A DNA stretch of 64,000 nt from Octopus sinensis (lineage: Eukaryota), in the NCBI RefSeq assembly GCF_006345805.1, contig NC_042998.1:47430001-47494000 (forward strand), given 5' to 3'. The position numbers and the translations under genes were made by a program. Shown piece by piece: positions 12,240 to 26,122 of this stretch. The notes beneath the pieces were generated by a model. It worked only from the letters and a program-made list of their open reading frames with translations, was not told the DNA's origin and searched no databases. Each line of letters begins with the position of its first letter. Within the stretch, counting starts at the first letter, position 1.

Positions 12240-12595
12240 CAGTCCCACTGCGTGGCACTTTGGGCAAGTGTCTTCTACTATAGCCTCGGGCCGACCAAAG
12301 CCTTGTGAGTGGATTTGGTAGAGAGAAACTAAAAGAAGCCCGTCGTATATATGTATATATATGTATATGTGTGTGTCTATATTTGTGTCTGTGTTTGTAC
12401 CCCCAACATCGCTTGACAACCGATGCTGGTGTATTTACGTCTCCGTAACTTAGCGGTTCGGTAAAAGTGACCGATAGAATAAGTACTAGGCTTACAAAGA
12501 ATAAGTCCTTGAGTTGATTTGCTCGACTAAAGGCGGTGCTCCAGCATGGCCGCAGTCAAATGTCTGAAACAAGTAAAATAGTAAAAGAGTAAAGA
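12240..12595 (+). mobile_element. SINE family A, 5'-truncated
   Basis: Body, internal TA/TG tract, and tail ggcggtgctccagcatggccgcagtcaaatgtctgaaacaagtaaaa. Confidence 0.9.
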
Positions 12596-12596
12596 G

Positions 12597-12763
12597 AGAG
12601 TACCCAGTAGAACTGTTAGAAAAGGTTTGCCTCCTTGACACGGCCAGAATAATCAGGCAAGTATTAGACAACTGAAATGAATGGATAGGATGACACCGTA
12701 GGCTGAGGTAGTAAGACTCCAAGATCTCCAACAAAATCTGTGAAAAAGAGAACTAATAATAAT
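12597..12763 (+). mobile_element. 3' end of an R4/Dong-like (RLE) non-LTR retrotransposon
   Basis: Translates VELLEKVCLLDTARIIRQVLDN*, resembling the conserved LLQKxxLLGTARIIRKVL C-terminus. A short UTR and (TAA)n tail follow. Confidence 0.7.
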
Positions 12764-13116
12764 GATTAAATATAATTTTCATCTAAGTACTAAGTCTTGT
12801 AATTTGTGGAAAGAGATCCCGTGAGATTTTTGACAACAGGTTGTTGTTCAATGATTAAATATAATTTTCATCTAAGTACTAAGTCTTATAATTTGTGGAA
12901 AGAGATCCCGTGAGATTTTTGACAACAGGTTGTTGTTCAATGATTAAATATAATTTTCATCTAAGTACTAAGTCTTATAATTTGTGGAAAGAGATCCCGT
13001 GAGATTTTTGACAACAGGTTGTTGTTCAATGATTAAATATAATTTTCATCTAAGTACTAAGTCTTATAATTTGTGGAAAGAGATCCCGTGAGATTTTTGA
13101 CAACAGGTTGTTGTTC
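12761..13116. repeat. Tandem repeat, 4 x 89 bp, nearly identical
   Basis: Units start at 12761, 12850, 12939 and 13028. One substitution seen, in unit 1. Confidence 0.95.
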
Positions 13117-13520
13117 GCTCTTACAGAATTAACTGCAGCAAGTAAGACCGAGATCTCTGAGAAGTAAAATAAAATACCAGTAATAATCCTTTATGCTGTT
13201 GGCACAAGGTCTGAAGTTTGCGGGGAGGGTGATAGTGGATTAGATCGTCCTAGTGGTCAATTAATTGTCACTTATTTCATCAACCCCCAACAGGTGAAAT
13301 GCAAAGTGGACCCTAGCGGAATCTGAACGCAGAATGTAAAAACAGCAGGAAATGTCGCAAAGCAATTTCTCCAGCATACCGGCGATTCTGTTAATTCACT
13401 GTCTTAATTAACAATAATTTCAAATTTTGGCTTCACGCCAGCAATTTCAGGATAGGGAATAGGTCAATAAAATCGACCCCAGAGTTCAACTGGTACTTAT
13501 TTTATAGACGCTGAAAGGTT

Positions 13521-14103
13521 AAGGCGGCGAGCTGGCAGAAACATTAGCACGCCGGGCGAAATGCTTAGTGGTATTTCGTCTGCCTATACGTTCTGAGTTC
13601 AAATTCCGCCGAGGTCGACTTTGCATTTCATCCTTTCGGCGTCAATACATTAAGTACCAGTTACGCACTGGGGTCGATGTAATCAACTTAATCCGTTTGT
13701 CTGTCCTTGTATGTCCCCTCTGGGTGTAGCCCCTTGTGGGCAGTAAAGAGACAGGTATTTCGTCTGTCATTACGTTCTGAATTCAAATTCCGCAGAGGTC
13801 GACTTTGCCTTTCATCCTTTCGGGGTCGATTAAATAAATATCAGTTACGCACTGGGGTCGATATAATCGACTTAATCCGTTTGTCTATTCTTGTTTGTCC
13901 TCTCTGTGTTTAGCCTCTTGTGGGTAGTAAAGAAATAGGTATTTCGTCTGTCTTAATGTTCTGAGTTCAAATTCCGCCGAGGTCTACTTTGCCTTTCATC
14001 CTTTCGGGTCGATAAATTAAGTACCAGTTGCGTACTAGGGTCGATATAATCGACTGGCATTCTTCCCCAAAAATTTCGGGTTTTGTGCCTAGAGTAGAAT
14101 AAA
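13521..14103 (+). mobile_element. SINE family B trimer; older degenerate copies flank it (13190-13520, 14110-14460)
   Basis: One head followed by three body units, each restarting at ggtatttcgtctg. Confidence 0.9.
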
Positions 14104-14792
14104 AATTGTTTAGCGGTATTTCATTTGTCTTTATGTTCTGATTTCAAATTCTGCAGAGGTCGACTTTGCTTTTTATCCAGTTGGAGGTCGATAAAATAAG
14201 TACAAGTTGAGCACTAGGGTCGAGGGTATCTATTTAATCCCTCCCTTGCACTTACTGGCCGTGTGCCAAAATTTGAAATAAGGGTTTCTGATTTACGCAA
14301 GACAGTAATTTTAATGGAAGGAATATAATCGATTTCACCAACATCAGTTCTTGGCTGATATTTTATTTCATCAACTGCAAAGGAATAAAAGGCAAAGTGG
14401 AACTCGCCGATATTTGAACTCAGATGTAAATAACTTAAAGAAATATGGTGAGGAATTTATTCCGATGCTCGAACTAGCCAACTACGAGATTTTAAGAAAA
14501 GTTCAATTATTAAAATATTTTAAATGATTTTCCGCATCATATAATTTTTTTGTAGAGTAACATTGCCCTCTTGTGATATTACTTGAAACTTCCGCCAAAT
14601 CCACTTGCAACGCTCATCTACAAGATAAGTTTAAACAGTTTAAGGACCTGAAAGAGATTAAAGAATACAATATTTTGTTTGTACTTTATAAATTATATTC
14701 TTTTATTGGCTGGAGCTAAGTTATAACAATAACAACAATGTTAACAAGAAGAGATTTTAAGTGTAGTCCTTGACTATCCACGCACATATACA

Positions 14793-14828
<36 letters not shown>

Positions 14829-14915
14829 TACACACAGATATGCATGATACACATGTATGCATATAAATATATATACACTTATGCATGCATGTAAATATAT
14901 ATATATACATGCATG

Positions 14916-14969
<54 letters not shown>

Positions 14970-15591
14970 CATACACGCACATATATACATACATAGAGGC
15001 ATGCCTGCATAGATACATACATACATCTAATCTTAGACGTCACTTGCAAGCGAGAATAAACTGATAGCTTGAATCATACTTTTGCTAATACTTTTAGGTG
15101 GTTATAGTGTAACGAACAGGTAGAAACACAATTGATTATCCCAAATTTAAGCTAGCTGGACATTAATTATGTGACACTTTAAGGGACAAAGTGCGGCTTT
15201 AGCACTCGGCTGTCTGTTGCATACCACCGAGTAAACGGAAGCAATGTGAAACGATGTTTCTTGTGCAAGGACATCACGCGAAGTCCAGTATAGCAATTGA
15301 TCCTACAACCTAATGGTCATAAGTCCAACAGCCTAACCAGGAAACCACGTGACTTTACACACGCATAAACATATTACGCGCGCGCGTACACATACGCACA
15401 GATGCATAGACAACAACGTGCGTTTTTTTATGATTCTCTTCACTCTTTTCTACCTCCTTTTCCTCTCTTCCTTGTCTTTCATTAAGATTATTTCTGCAAT
15501 GCTATATTTTTACTCTAAATTCTTCTCGTCTTTCGTCGTCAACAAAGCAATATTTGCCGCAAACGTCTCTTGGACTTTTGTTTTATATTGA

Positions 15592-15649
15592 TCCCATTGA
15601 AAGGGCTACGGCAAAAAAAGAAAGCCGAAACTGACCGATCAGTCTGGGA
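15592..15649 (+). ncRNA. Hammerhead-like motif with full stem III and variant core (U3-A8, A9>G)
   Basis: tccca TTGAAAG ggct acggcaaaaaaagaa agcc GAAA ctga ccga tcag TC tggga. All three stems are perfect and the triplet is GUC. Confidence 0.6.
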
Positions 15650-15809
15650 ATGTCACGACCGCTGCTTTTCGGGCTTTTACGGACTCTGTCAGCATGTGCC
15701 TATACAATTATGTGCATTAGAGTGTTTAGCTCTTTCTTCTAGCAATGTAGTTGTTTCTGTCTAACATCCTCAGTCACACAGACACATATACACACACACA
15801 CACACACAA

Positions 15810-16264
15810 TCTATTATATAAAATCCGTTCTGTCTGTCTGTGTGTGTGTCTTCTTGGATATCGGGCATCCTCCATCCGATTGCGCTCAAATTTGATATGT
15901 AGATACCGACGATATCAGAGCGTGTATAAGTCTTGAAAGAATTACAAAAATCGGTTCCAGGTGAGAATGCGATCGATAAAGCCGTGGGAACGTGCATTTG
16001 TACGCGCAAATACATCAGCTGTTGCGATGTACTTACTGGTACTTTAAACTCTTCAGTTGCATATTTGTGTGAATAAAATCGTTTTTCTTTGGAATAGAAA
16101 AAAGTCTATCTTTATTTCTTCTTTTGTTGGTGTCTCAAATTTAGGTTAAATCACTGTTTCTGAAAGGGAAGGCTTATGGGACGGTCTGACAAGTTGTCTT
16201 GAGAAAATTTGGTTTAAATGTTTGACAACTCAGCACCGTCCATTAGACGGGGGCGTTTTGTTCG
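15810..16264 (+). mobile_element. Non-autonomous Helitron-like element
   Basis: Starts A|TCtattatataaaa...ctgtctgtctg. Ends with hairpin ccgtc-catta-gacgg (16236-16250) and a degenerate TTCG|T terminus. Confidence 0.55.
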
Positions 16265-17146
16265 TATATATATATATATATGTAAGTAGTAAGGATGAAA
16301 TGAATATTTCATTTGGGGTATTACTACATATATTTCCGTAGCTGTTTTAATTTGAACACTCGTACATTACATAATCTCACATGTAAAATTATACAAGTCC
16401 GTGCTTTTATAATGCGCGGATTCTTCAGGTAATACAAGTTACAATACTCTTCATATGGCATCAAATATTTACTGACGTAGTGGTTTAAATAGTTAAATTG
16501 TCTAGGAAGTACGAAATTAATTTCAGGTCGCTTCGCTGTTGCCTTGTCTTGATCTGAATTAATTGATCCTCTATCTTTTACTAAACATAAAAATGAATAA
16601 TTAATACATAAATGATACTCTAAAACTTTTGATACATGAAAAGAACATACTCTGTTGCTCATTCAAAATTACGCAAAACTCGCAGCTTGGAGCATAAATA
16701 ATTCTATGGTAGACGAATTTGCCAGAAGAGAGCTATTCATGCCAATCAGTATTCCGATTTACTGCACTCCATATAATTAATGAATACTCATCTTCATTCT
16801 TCTTCGTACTCAAAAATCACTAGTGCACAGTTGTTTTCAATAGTCCCAAATAGGAATGGAACTGATGTGATCAAGCCCATTTTTTCAGACTACGATGACA
16901 TGGTTAAGATATTTATTTATATCTGTTCAACATATTCGAAGGTGAATAGTATCAATGGTTAGATCTTGTACAACTATATCTTTACAACATAGCGTATAAT
17001 CTATTGCTGATCTGCTTCATGCAAATCAACATGCTAAATGCATCCAGAATATATATGTGTGTGTGTATGTGTGTGTGTGTACATACCAATATTCACCAAT
17101 GTATCTATACATACATACCAATATACAATAATCTATATATACCAAA

Positions 17147-17213
<67 letters not shown>

Positions 17214-17829
17214 CACACACATGCATACAAATATACACTAATATATATATATGCTAGCATACAACAATATATATACAGAGCAATGAACATAGACGTATTT
17301 GATGCGTTAAGTGTGAAATCACAGGTGATATAGAACTAAATTCATTTTTTAAATATCCTGCTTTGAAAATATTAGTGAAATTTTGGTAGTAATGACTTAT
17401 GTCCCTCTTAGTGTGAGGCATTTATGTGTAATAATGCCCTCTATACAATATATATCTATATATCATCGGCTTGATCCCTTTGTCTGTCCCTGTTTGTCCC
17501 TTCATGTGGGCAATAAAGAAATATATAGTATGTATAGATATACATACCAATACACACACACACATTTATACCACTATATATTTATTTGTTTTTCTCTGCT
17601 TATTTTTTTCTTTTCTTATTGAGCTACAGTATTTTGTTTATGTGTTACTTAATTCCATTTATTTATCTATCTATTGTCTTTGTTTCATATTTTTAGTTCC
17701 TGAGGATCTTATTCTGTCATCAGGTTTTGGTGTGGGGGATGTGTGCTAGTGTTCCATTCTAGTTTTCTAATTAGGCTAAGTTTATTTTCTATTATTTGTG
17801 TAGCTTCCGTAATTTGTCTAAGCGTTGCG

Positions 17830-18279
<450 letters not shown>

Positions 18280-18280
<1 letters not shown>

Positions 18281-19885
18281 ACCCTACAGGAAAGAAGAAA
18301 CTTGGAAGGCACTCAAGAACCTGCGGTTTGCCCACCCGACACGCCGCCAAAACTACAGGGGCCTTAAGGAGAAAAACTTCTCTGAGGAAAGACAACAAAT
18401 GTCTCCAAGGAAAAAATTCATTACAGAAGTCTGCTCTTCAGATGTTATGCGCAACGCGGCAGCTGAGCAAGTGTCATTTTGTACATCGCGCAAAAGACTG
18501 TGCATCAGCTGACCTGGCTACACCAAGCACAAAGAAGGAGCCTTGCCTACCACTGCGCAAGACCACCACAGTCAACAGACACGGAATGGTCTCCCTTGCA
18601 CAGTCGTCACCCCAATACTTTTACTAAATATTGAGGGCCTGTTGCATCATAATAAAAGCAAAATTTCTTTCCTGGGAGATCTTACTGCATGCAATCAAGG
18701 CCTATGCATAGCACTCGTGGAAACTCACCTCAGCCCTGATATAGAGGATGCAGAAGTACACGTACCAAACTATGCCACACTGAGAACAGACAGAAGGGAA
18801 AGGAGCCATGGTGGGGTTTCTGTATACATCCGTGATGACCTCACACCCCAGGTATTACTGACATACTCAAATTCGGTATGTGACACTAATTGTATACATA
18901 AGACAACATAATATAGTCATATGCAATGCATATTGCCCACCGGATGCTCCAAACCACATAGGCAAGTTTGAAGATTGCTTCACAAGAATTAAAGAAATTC
19001 TCATGAAACTGGAACGCCTCGTGACCATATTTCTTATGGGTGATTTCAACTTCCCCAACTTCAAATGGCCCGAAGGTCTCGTACTCTCAGGAATGACGCA
19101 TTGCAAGCAAGCATAGGTGGAGTCCCTGCTCAACATCACCAATGCCATATTCATGGAACAAGCTGTACTTAGACCAACTAGGGCGAATTAAATTCTGGAT
19201 CTCTGCTTCACGAACAATATGAACGTCATTCATGATGTGAAAGTGACGCCGACATTAGTCTCGGATCACAACATAATAGAGCTGTCTATGTTTGGGCCGA
19301 AAGTAACCAAAGACATACAGCCTAAAGGAAGCACCCGAAATCTCTCCAATCTGAACTTCCACAAAGCAGACTGGAAATCGATTCAAAAAGAGATCCTCAA
19401 AGAGGACTGGCTGAAATGTCGCTCCACAACAGACATTAACATGAAACTAGAAGGTTTCATGTCTGGTGTGCAAGCCATATGCCAAAAATATGTCCCAGAG
19501 CACAAGGCCAAAACAAAGAGGAACAAGATTCCAAGGGAGATGAAGATCCTCATGAGTCGACGGACGAATGTTGCAAATTGACTCAACCAACATCCCAAAA
19601 GTAGCGAAAGATTCCGCCTAAAAACAACACTGATGAAGATCGGAAAAAGGTTGCAACAATCCTATATGAGGAAAAAAGCAGACAAAGAAGCCTGGGTTAT
19701 AAAAAACATTAAGTCAAACCCAAAGGCCTCTCATTACGCGAAAGAAATAGCCTCAGTACACTGCAACATAGGATCCCTCTTCCAAAAGGATGACTCCCTC
19801 ACAGACAGTCCAACTAAGATCAGTGAGATACTGAATGACCAGTTAGTTCAAAAGTGTCTTTACCATCCCGTTGGAACATACATGA
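18280..19885 (+). mobile_element. Degenerate CR1/L2-group LINE, APE-endonuclease half only
   Basis: Broken ORFs ([38 protein letters not shown]) homologous to 44341..46887, with multiple stops and frameshifts. Confidence 0.92.
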
Positions 19886-20369
19886 CAGACATTTATTTGT
19901 AGTACCTCCTATACATAGGTATTATCAAACGCGGATTTTACCTTATTTGCAAGATGTAGCTTTGTCTAATTTTCGTCGAGGAAAGAAAAGATAAGTTAAC
20001 ATTCGTTTTATTTTCGTCTCTAATTTTATTTCATTATTATTTCATTGATATTTCATTATTATTTCATTTTTATTTCTTATTTGTTTATTCGCAATTCTTT
20101 ATTCGTTATTCGGAACCTTTATTCGTGATTTTTTCTCGTATTTGTTTCTCTTTAAATTTTTTTCCTTAAATGTTTATTCCTTGAGTTTTTATTCCTTAAA
20201 TTTTTATTCCTTAAATTTTTACTCCTTACATTTTTAATATTCAGTTATTATTTTTATTTATTATTTGTATTTATTTTCATTTGTACATGTTAAGTAAGAT
20301 TATATTGAAGATATAGAGTATCATGGAAGTGTATAAGAGGTAGGGGTAGTGAAAAATGTTGAGGAATCC

Positions 20370-20465
20370 AGACCTAAAGATTGAGAGCATGTCGACCCGA
20401 GTAAGTATTGAAACTAGATACCTTGAATCTAATCAATACGTACTTTCATGAAACACGTGTAGTCT
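20370..20465 (+). ncRNA. Type I hammerhead motif with G5>A lesion, in a PLE-like fragment (about 19900-20500)
   Basis: agac CTAAAGA t tgagag...gtattga..tagat/atcta..tcaatac...ctttca t GAAA cacgtg TA gtct. Palindromic stem III acacgtgt. Confidence 0.7.
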
Positions 20466-20636
20466 TATAAACGGAAAATAAAGGATTCAGAATAGATATA
20501 GTTAGTATAAGATTTAATTTTTAACATTTTATGCAGTGGTCGGGTATAAAATCTTTTAGTGTTGATTGAGTTGATGGTGGTTCTGTCTCTAAATTTACTT
20601 TGATATATATACCTATATATATATATATATATATAT

Positions 20637-20732
<96 letters not shown>

Positions 20733-21446
20733 GCAAAACATTCAAACACTGAGATTTGAAATCAGATGTCACTACTGTTCATATCATATGTGGATAAATT
20801 TTAAAATTGATATCACCAGCAGTGACATACGTGGATCGTAGGCGCAATAGTATTATATAGCTATGAGTTATAAATTTGCACGAAGCGTAATGATGCTTAA
20901 CAAGTATCTACCTGCTAGAATAGAAATCGTATGAACGCTACTGGGCTTAGCAAATACATATGCGCACTTAAATCCCAACGAATTAAGTATAATTTAAAGT
21001 GGGAGATAATTTGCGAGGCGAAATCATATAGTATAGGTAGTAATTCTTGTTTCTTATGTTCTAGTGAATTTAAGAACATATTTTTTATAATCATAATAAA
21101 TTAGTTAATTCATTGGACGACCGTAAAATTAAATGTAGACACAAATTACTTTACTTATATAATAATTTTTAGATAAATAGTGACTATACTTAAACCCTAT
21201 TTTTGTTTCTAATTTGTAGTTATATTTTTTTCTAGTATTAATTCTAAAATTGTGATTTTATATTTTATATTACATAATTTAATAAGTCTAAATTAATATT
21301 TATTATTAAATGAATAAATGAATAATTAAATAAATAAATTAATTAATTATAGTAGTGTTGTGACTGCACTTCTGTAGAGGGTTTGAGTATAAGTCAATAA
21401 CAGTTAGTAAAGGTTTTTTTAAAAATAAAGTTAGATTATATTTAGA

Positions 21447-21669
21447 TACTCTCTTTACTCTTTTTACTCTTTTACTTGTTTCAGTTATTTGACTGCGGCC
21501 ATGCTGGAGCACCGCCTTTAATCGAGCAAATCTACTTAATTTATCGACCCCGAAAGGATGAAAGGCAAAGTCGACCTCGGTGGAATTTGAACTCAGAACG
21601 TAACGGCAGACGAAATACCGCTAAGCATTTCGCCCGGCACTCTAACGTTTCTGCCAGCTCGCCGCCTTA
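21447..21669 (-). mobile_element. Chimeric SINE: family B head (21538-21669) joined to family A tail (21447-21533)
   Basis: Both parts match other copies in the window and lie in the same orientation. Confidence 0.8.
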
Positions 21670-22065
21670 AGACAAAATTACGTTGACTAGGCGAGGAAAA
21701 AGTAATCATTACAGTAAAGATATATCGTGGCTCAATCATTATAGAAAAACATTTCTTCACACATGAATTCAATCTAATACCAAGAAATTGTAATGTTTAT
21801 CAATAAACTTTTATAGGAAGTCAACTGAGTTCATGAAATATCCACAGATGAAATTTGAACTTTGAAGAATCTCACACTCGCATCACCCACACATCAATAT
21901 GCTTTTCATACAGAGTATTGATTTGGAATAAATCAAGTACACACACAACATAGAAACCCATCTACACCAGTATATATAAATATATACTAATAAATATGAA
22001 TACACACACACAGAAACACACGCACGCACACACACACACACACACAACACACACACATACACACG

Positions 22066-22099
<34 letters not shown>

Positions 22100-22438
22100 A
22101 TATATATATATATAAGCGTATACACACGCTTATATATGGAGAGAAGTAAAGAGAGAGAGAAGAGACAAAAGAGAGGGGCGGAAGAGACAAAATAAACATG
22201 CATATATATTCAAAACACATACACTCATTATATAAATGCATGTGGATTGTTTCAATGTGTACAAATAACACAGAAAAATAAATATATAATTACCAGGTTA
22301 GTAAAAATTCAAATAAGTGCCAAGGATATTACAGCTTACTTATAAAGGTAGAAATTTCAGGGTTAAGTGAAATGTTTTTGTATAAAATAGATAAATTAAG
22401 AAATGGATTCAAACGCAGGGGTTATTCAAATCTTTATG

Positions 22439-22474
22439 CTTCCGACATATGTTCCGTTACTTTCTCCAGAGAAG
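22439..22474 (-). ncRNA. Degenerate hammerhead-like motif (stem II deleted) at the edge of a PLE-like fragment
   Basis: Minus strand: cttct CTGGAGA aagtaac GGAA catatg TC ggaag. Palindromic acatatgt. Confidence 0.4.
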
Positions 22475-24099
22475 TGGCGTTTGATCTCAGAATGTAGAGA
22501 GCCAGAAAATATACTGTAATATATTTCTGCCAACGTAGCAAGAATTTATCACTGTCCCAGCCACGGAGCAATGTGAAATGAAGCATTTTTCTCAGGAACA
22601 CAACACGGCACCGGTCTGGGAATCGAAACCATTATATAGCGATGATGCAATAATCATAGCGAAAGATTTAGTCCCTGAGGGTAATTCAAATGGGTCCAGA
22701 GAATGAAGTTGTTCTCATAAAAGCTATGTTCACGACAAAGTCTGTTGGAATGTTTTATGAACGAATATACATAGTTTTTTTTTTATCGAACATTGGCACA
22801 CAATCGGATACATGTAATGTGAGAGGCTAATCTGGTGAATCGACGCCATATTGCACTTCGGGTTGATTAAACCACTGGGAGTTATAGTACAAGCGTCATT
22901 CTCTGCATTTCTTGTTTTTTTTTTTTTGCTACGAATTATACTGCTACTATTTTCAATCTTTTAAACAACTTCTATTTTCACAAACATCAATCCCAGGTAC
23001 ACAACTCCAAATTATTGTTTGAAGAGACAAGAAAAAAAAGAAAAAAAGAAAAATTATAATAATTGAAATTTCTTATACAGTAACAAGCCAGAAATTTCGG
23101 GATAAGGAACAGCCGATTATATCAACTACAGTATTTGTCTAGTAATGTATTCTTACTCCAGAAGGATGAAAGACATGCTGATCTCAGCAGGAACTGAACT
23201 CCGAACTTAAAAGCAGTTTGTCCTAGATTCTAACAATTACTTTAGAAATTTAGGGGAGGGTCATAAACGATTAAATCAACGTTAGTACTTAACTGGTACT
23301 ATTTTTTCGATCCCATATAGATGAAAAGGAAAGTCGACTGCAATGCTTTTCCTACTCAGACCTGAAGAACCGGAACAAATAAGCAAAGAATTCTATTCGC
23401 CGTTTTACCGCTTCTACAAATCTACCGACCTAAACCGATCCATCTATTTAACCACTGAGGGCAATAACATTCAATTTCATTCATGCATGCAACTACTTGG
23501 AACCTTACTTGAAACATTAAAACAGAACAAAACAAAAGAAAAAGTTATGTAAAAACGAGGGCGGTCAGGGACGTTATACAAAGAAGTCGCTTTAAACATT
23601 TGTGTAAAAATAAATATAAATATATAATAAATATAAAGAAAACAATAAATATAAAACAGATATTTTTAAAAAGTACAAACAGAAACATTTAAGACCACCC
23701 ACATATGAATGAGAACCTACAGCGTAGGTTTGGTTAGAGACCTCCCCCTCTCATTTCTGCCCACTTGTCACTTCATACGGAGATTTGATGCACCCAAAAG
23801 CATTCAATAGCATTCCCTGCGTGGGATGAGGAAAAATAAAAACACGTCTTCAGCGTTTGTGTATGTTTATGTTTCTTTTCTGGCTTTTAATAAAATTATG
23901 TCACAGAACGATATCTCTTGCATTCTGACCTTCATTTGATTTTTTCATAAAATAACAGACTATAATCTTTGCACCCATTAAGCGTTAATTTATTCACGAG
24001 AAACCGATTTGTCTTCTGAGCATCTTTGGATTACATGTTGACTTTTGCATGTGTTTATACACTATGAGGTCGAGTTCGCCCTGCCATTTCTGCCGGCTC

Positions 24100-24750
24100 C
24101 TCAATTTGTTTCATTGTGTTTATGATGGATTGATAATATTGTTTCAGAAATAGGAAGACTTGCGGTCATCGGCTTCTCGGAACAAGGACAAGAAAGATTC
24201 TTTGACCTCTCTTGGAGCTAGAATTGCTAGTGACTATTGTTATTACTGCTTTTGTTCAACATTCCTCCTGTTTTTCTACCTCATTGTCATCCCTGATCGG
24301 AGAAAGGTGTCCTTCGGATATCTGCACCGCTCTTGTCACTGAAAATAGTGAGAAAAGAAGCATCTTCTGGGGTTTGTTGTTGCCTCTGCAACTGTTCTCT
24401 TTCTGCATCTGCTGTTCCTTCGGACAGAAGGTCCTCAAGTAGTTTTTCCTATCAGAGTTATAGCAATTCGACTTCATTCTGCATTTTGAAATAGTTTTGT
24501 AGTCTTCGGAGGTCATAGGATCATCTATGTCTATTGAGACTCCATCCGAAAGCAGGCCATTTTTTCGGACCATAACACATACTATTTATCCATACGTGCC
24601 ACGAAAGTAGCTGCGGGCCAAATGTTAACATCGGTACCTATGCTGACTGTGACCCTCGTGTCTCGTCTCTCTAAGGATTAAGGCACATATTTGGGCAGAA
24701 CTGAGAACTGTATCACACCTACTCGACTTGTTTCCTTATTTCGACCTCAT
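24100..24750 (-). pseudogene. Decayed retroelement ORF1/gag relic with a degenerate CCHC zinc knuckle
   Basis: CYNSDRKNYLRTFCP at 24421-24465 has C-x2-C-x4-H-x4-C spacing, with tgt>tct and cac>tac single-base changes. Confidence 0.5.
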
Positions 24751-26122
24751 TACTAAAATCTACACAAGTCAATTCGTACGCTTTAACTCGGCCAATTGAA
24801 GTAATGCACTTCCATAAATTATCCTTTGCTACATGTAATTATTGTTTTGATGCTACGTTGATACAATAAAATCTCTCAGTTCCCTAACAAGCAAGATAAA
24901 CATACTTTTTTCGCTCTCACTTCTGATACGTGGTCATGAAGAATAGCATCCTTCTTGGTCATACGATTCCATCATATTGAACCTCTTTATTGAACCTCAC
25001 CAATATTCAACTTCTCTGTGCAACAAGTGACACAAAATAAAAGAAGACATCGACGAAGATCGTGTATGCTCTTATCATAGCTAATTATGTTATTTTAGAG
25101 AATTTCACTATGCTTCTATCTTCTATGTGTATGTCATGTGACAGAAGAGTTTTTTTATTTATTTTGGTCGCAAATATTTGCTTGTTGAATTTTTGTGCGT
25201 AATAGAAGAATATCTTTTTTCGTTGCTTTTTGTGGCCGTCATCATTATTTTTAGAGCCCCGAACTGAAACATAAATTGTCGGAAACGAACTATTGTCCTC
25301 GTATATTTGACAAGAAATAAACTCCAGCTTGTACCGAATATCCTCTTCTGCATGTTATCAACACGAAGGAAAAGATTTTCATCCCCTGTTCAAAGTGGAT
25401 GAAATTTTTCTTTAGAATTTTTGAACTATTAAAAGTGCAAAGAAAACGCTGCTTCATAACCCAGCAGCAATTTGGTTGTAATAGTTTCTAATTTAGGCAT
25501 AAGTACTGTAATTTTAAGGGGAAAGGTTAATCGACAACACAGATGCAGTATTTGAGTGGCGCTTTATTCTATCGATCCCAAACGGATGCAAAGCAAATGT
25601 AATTCTGGTGAGATTTGAACTTAGAGCATAAAGAGCTGCAGGAAATAACAGAAAATATTTTCTTATTCCAGCTCTTTACGTTGAGACCAATGAAGAAATC
25701 TTTACGTATTCGAATTTTTATTTTAAAACACATCATAGCATTTTAAATGAGGGAAAGTCATATAATGTAATTCTTGTAACATCTAAAAAACGCGATGGCG
25801 AAGGTTGGTATGATTTTGATCATATTTTTGCTTTAACAAGAATGAACAAATAACAACATAGAAAGAAGGGTTTATTTTATCAACTCCAATAGTCAAAATC
25901 AATGATGAACAAAGTAAAATAAACGGACAAATCATGTATTCAAGAAAATTTTAAAAGGGATCTATCGATTCTGCTCCTCCACATCGTTCTCACATTCTGA
26001 GTACTGATTATAAATTTTGACAAATGTATTCTGGTAGAATTTAAACCTACGACTTAATCAAATACTGCAATAAAGTTAAAGACCTTAGCTGTCTATGCAC
26101 TCTGTCTATTATCCAATATTAC

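Noticed and set aside
12761-13116. Regular repeat array as a CRISPR
   Set aside because: Units are contiguous 89-mers without unique spacers, there are no cas genes, and the context is eukaryotic.
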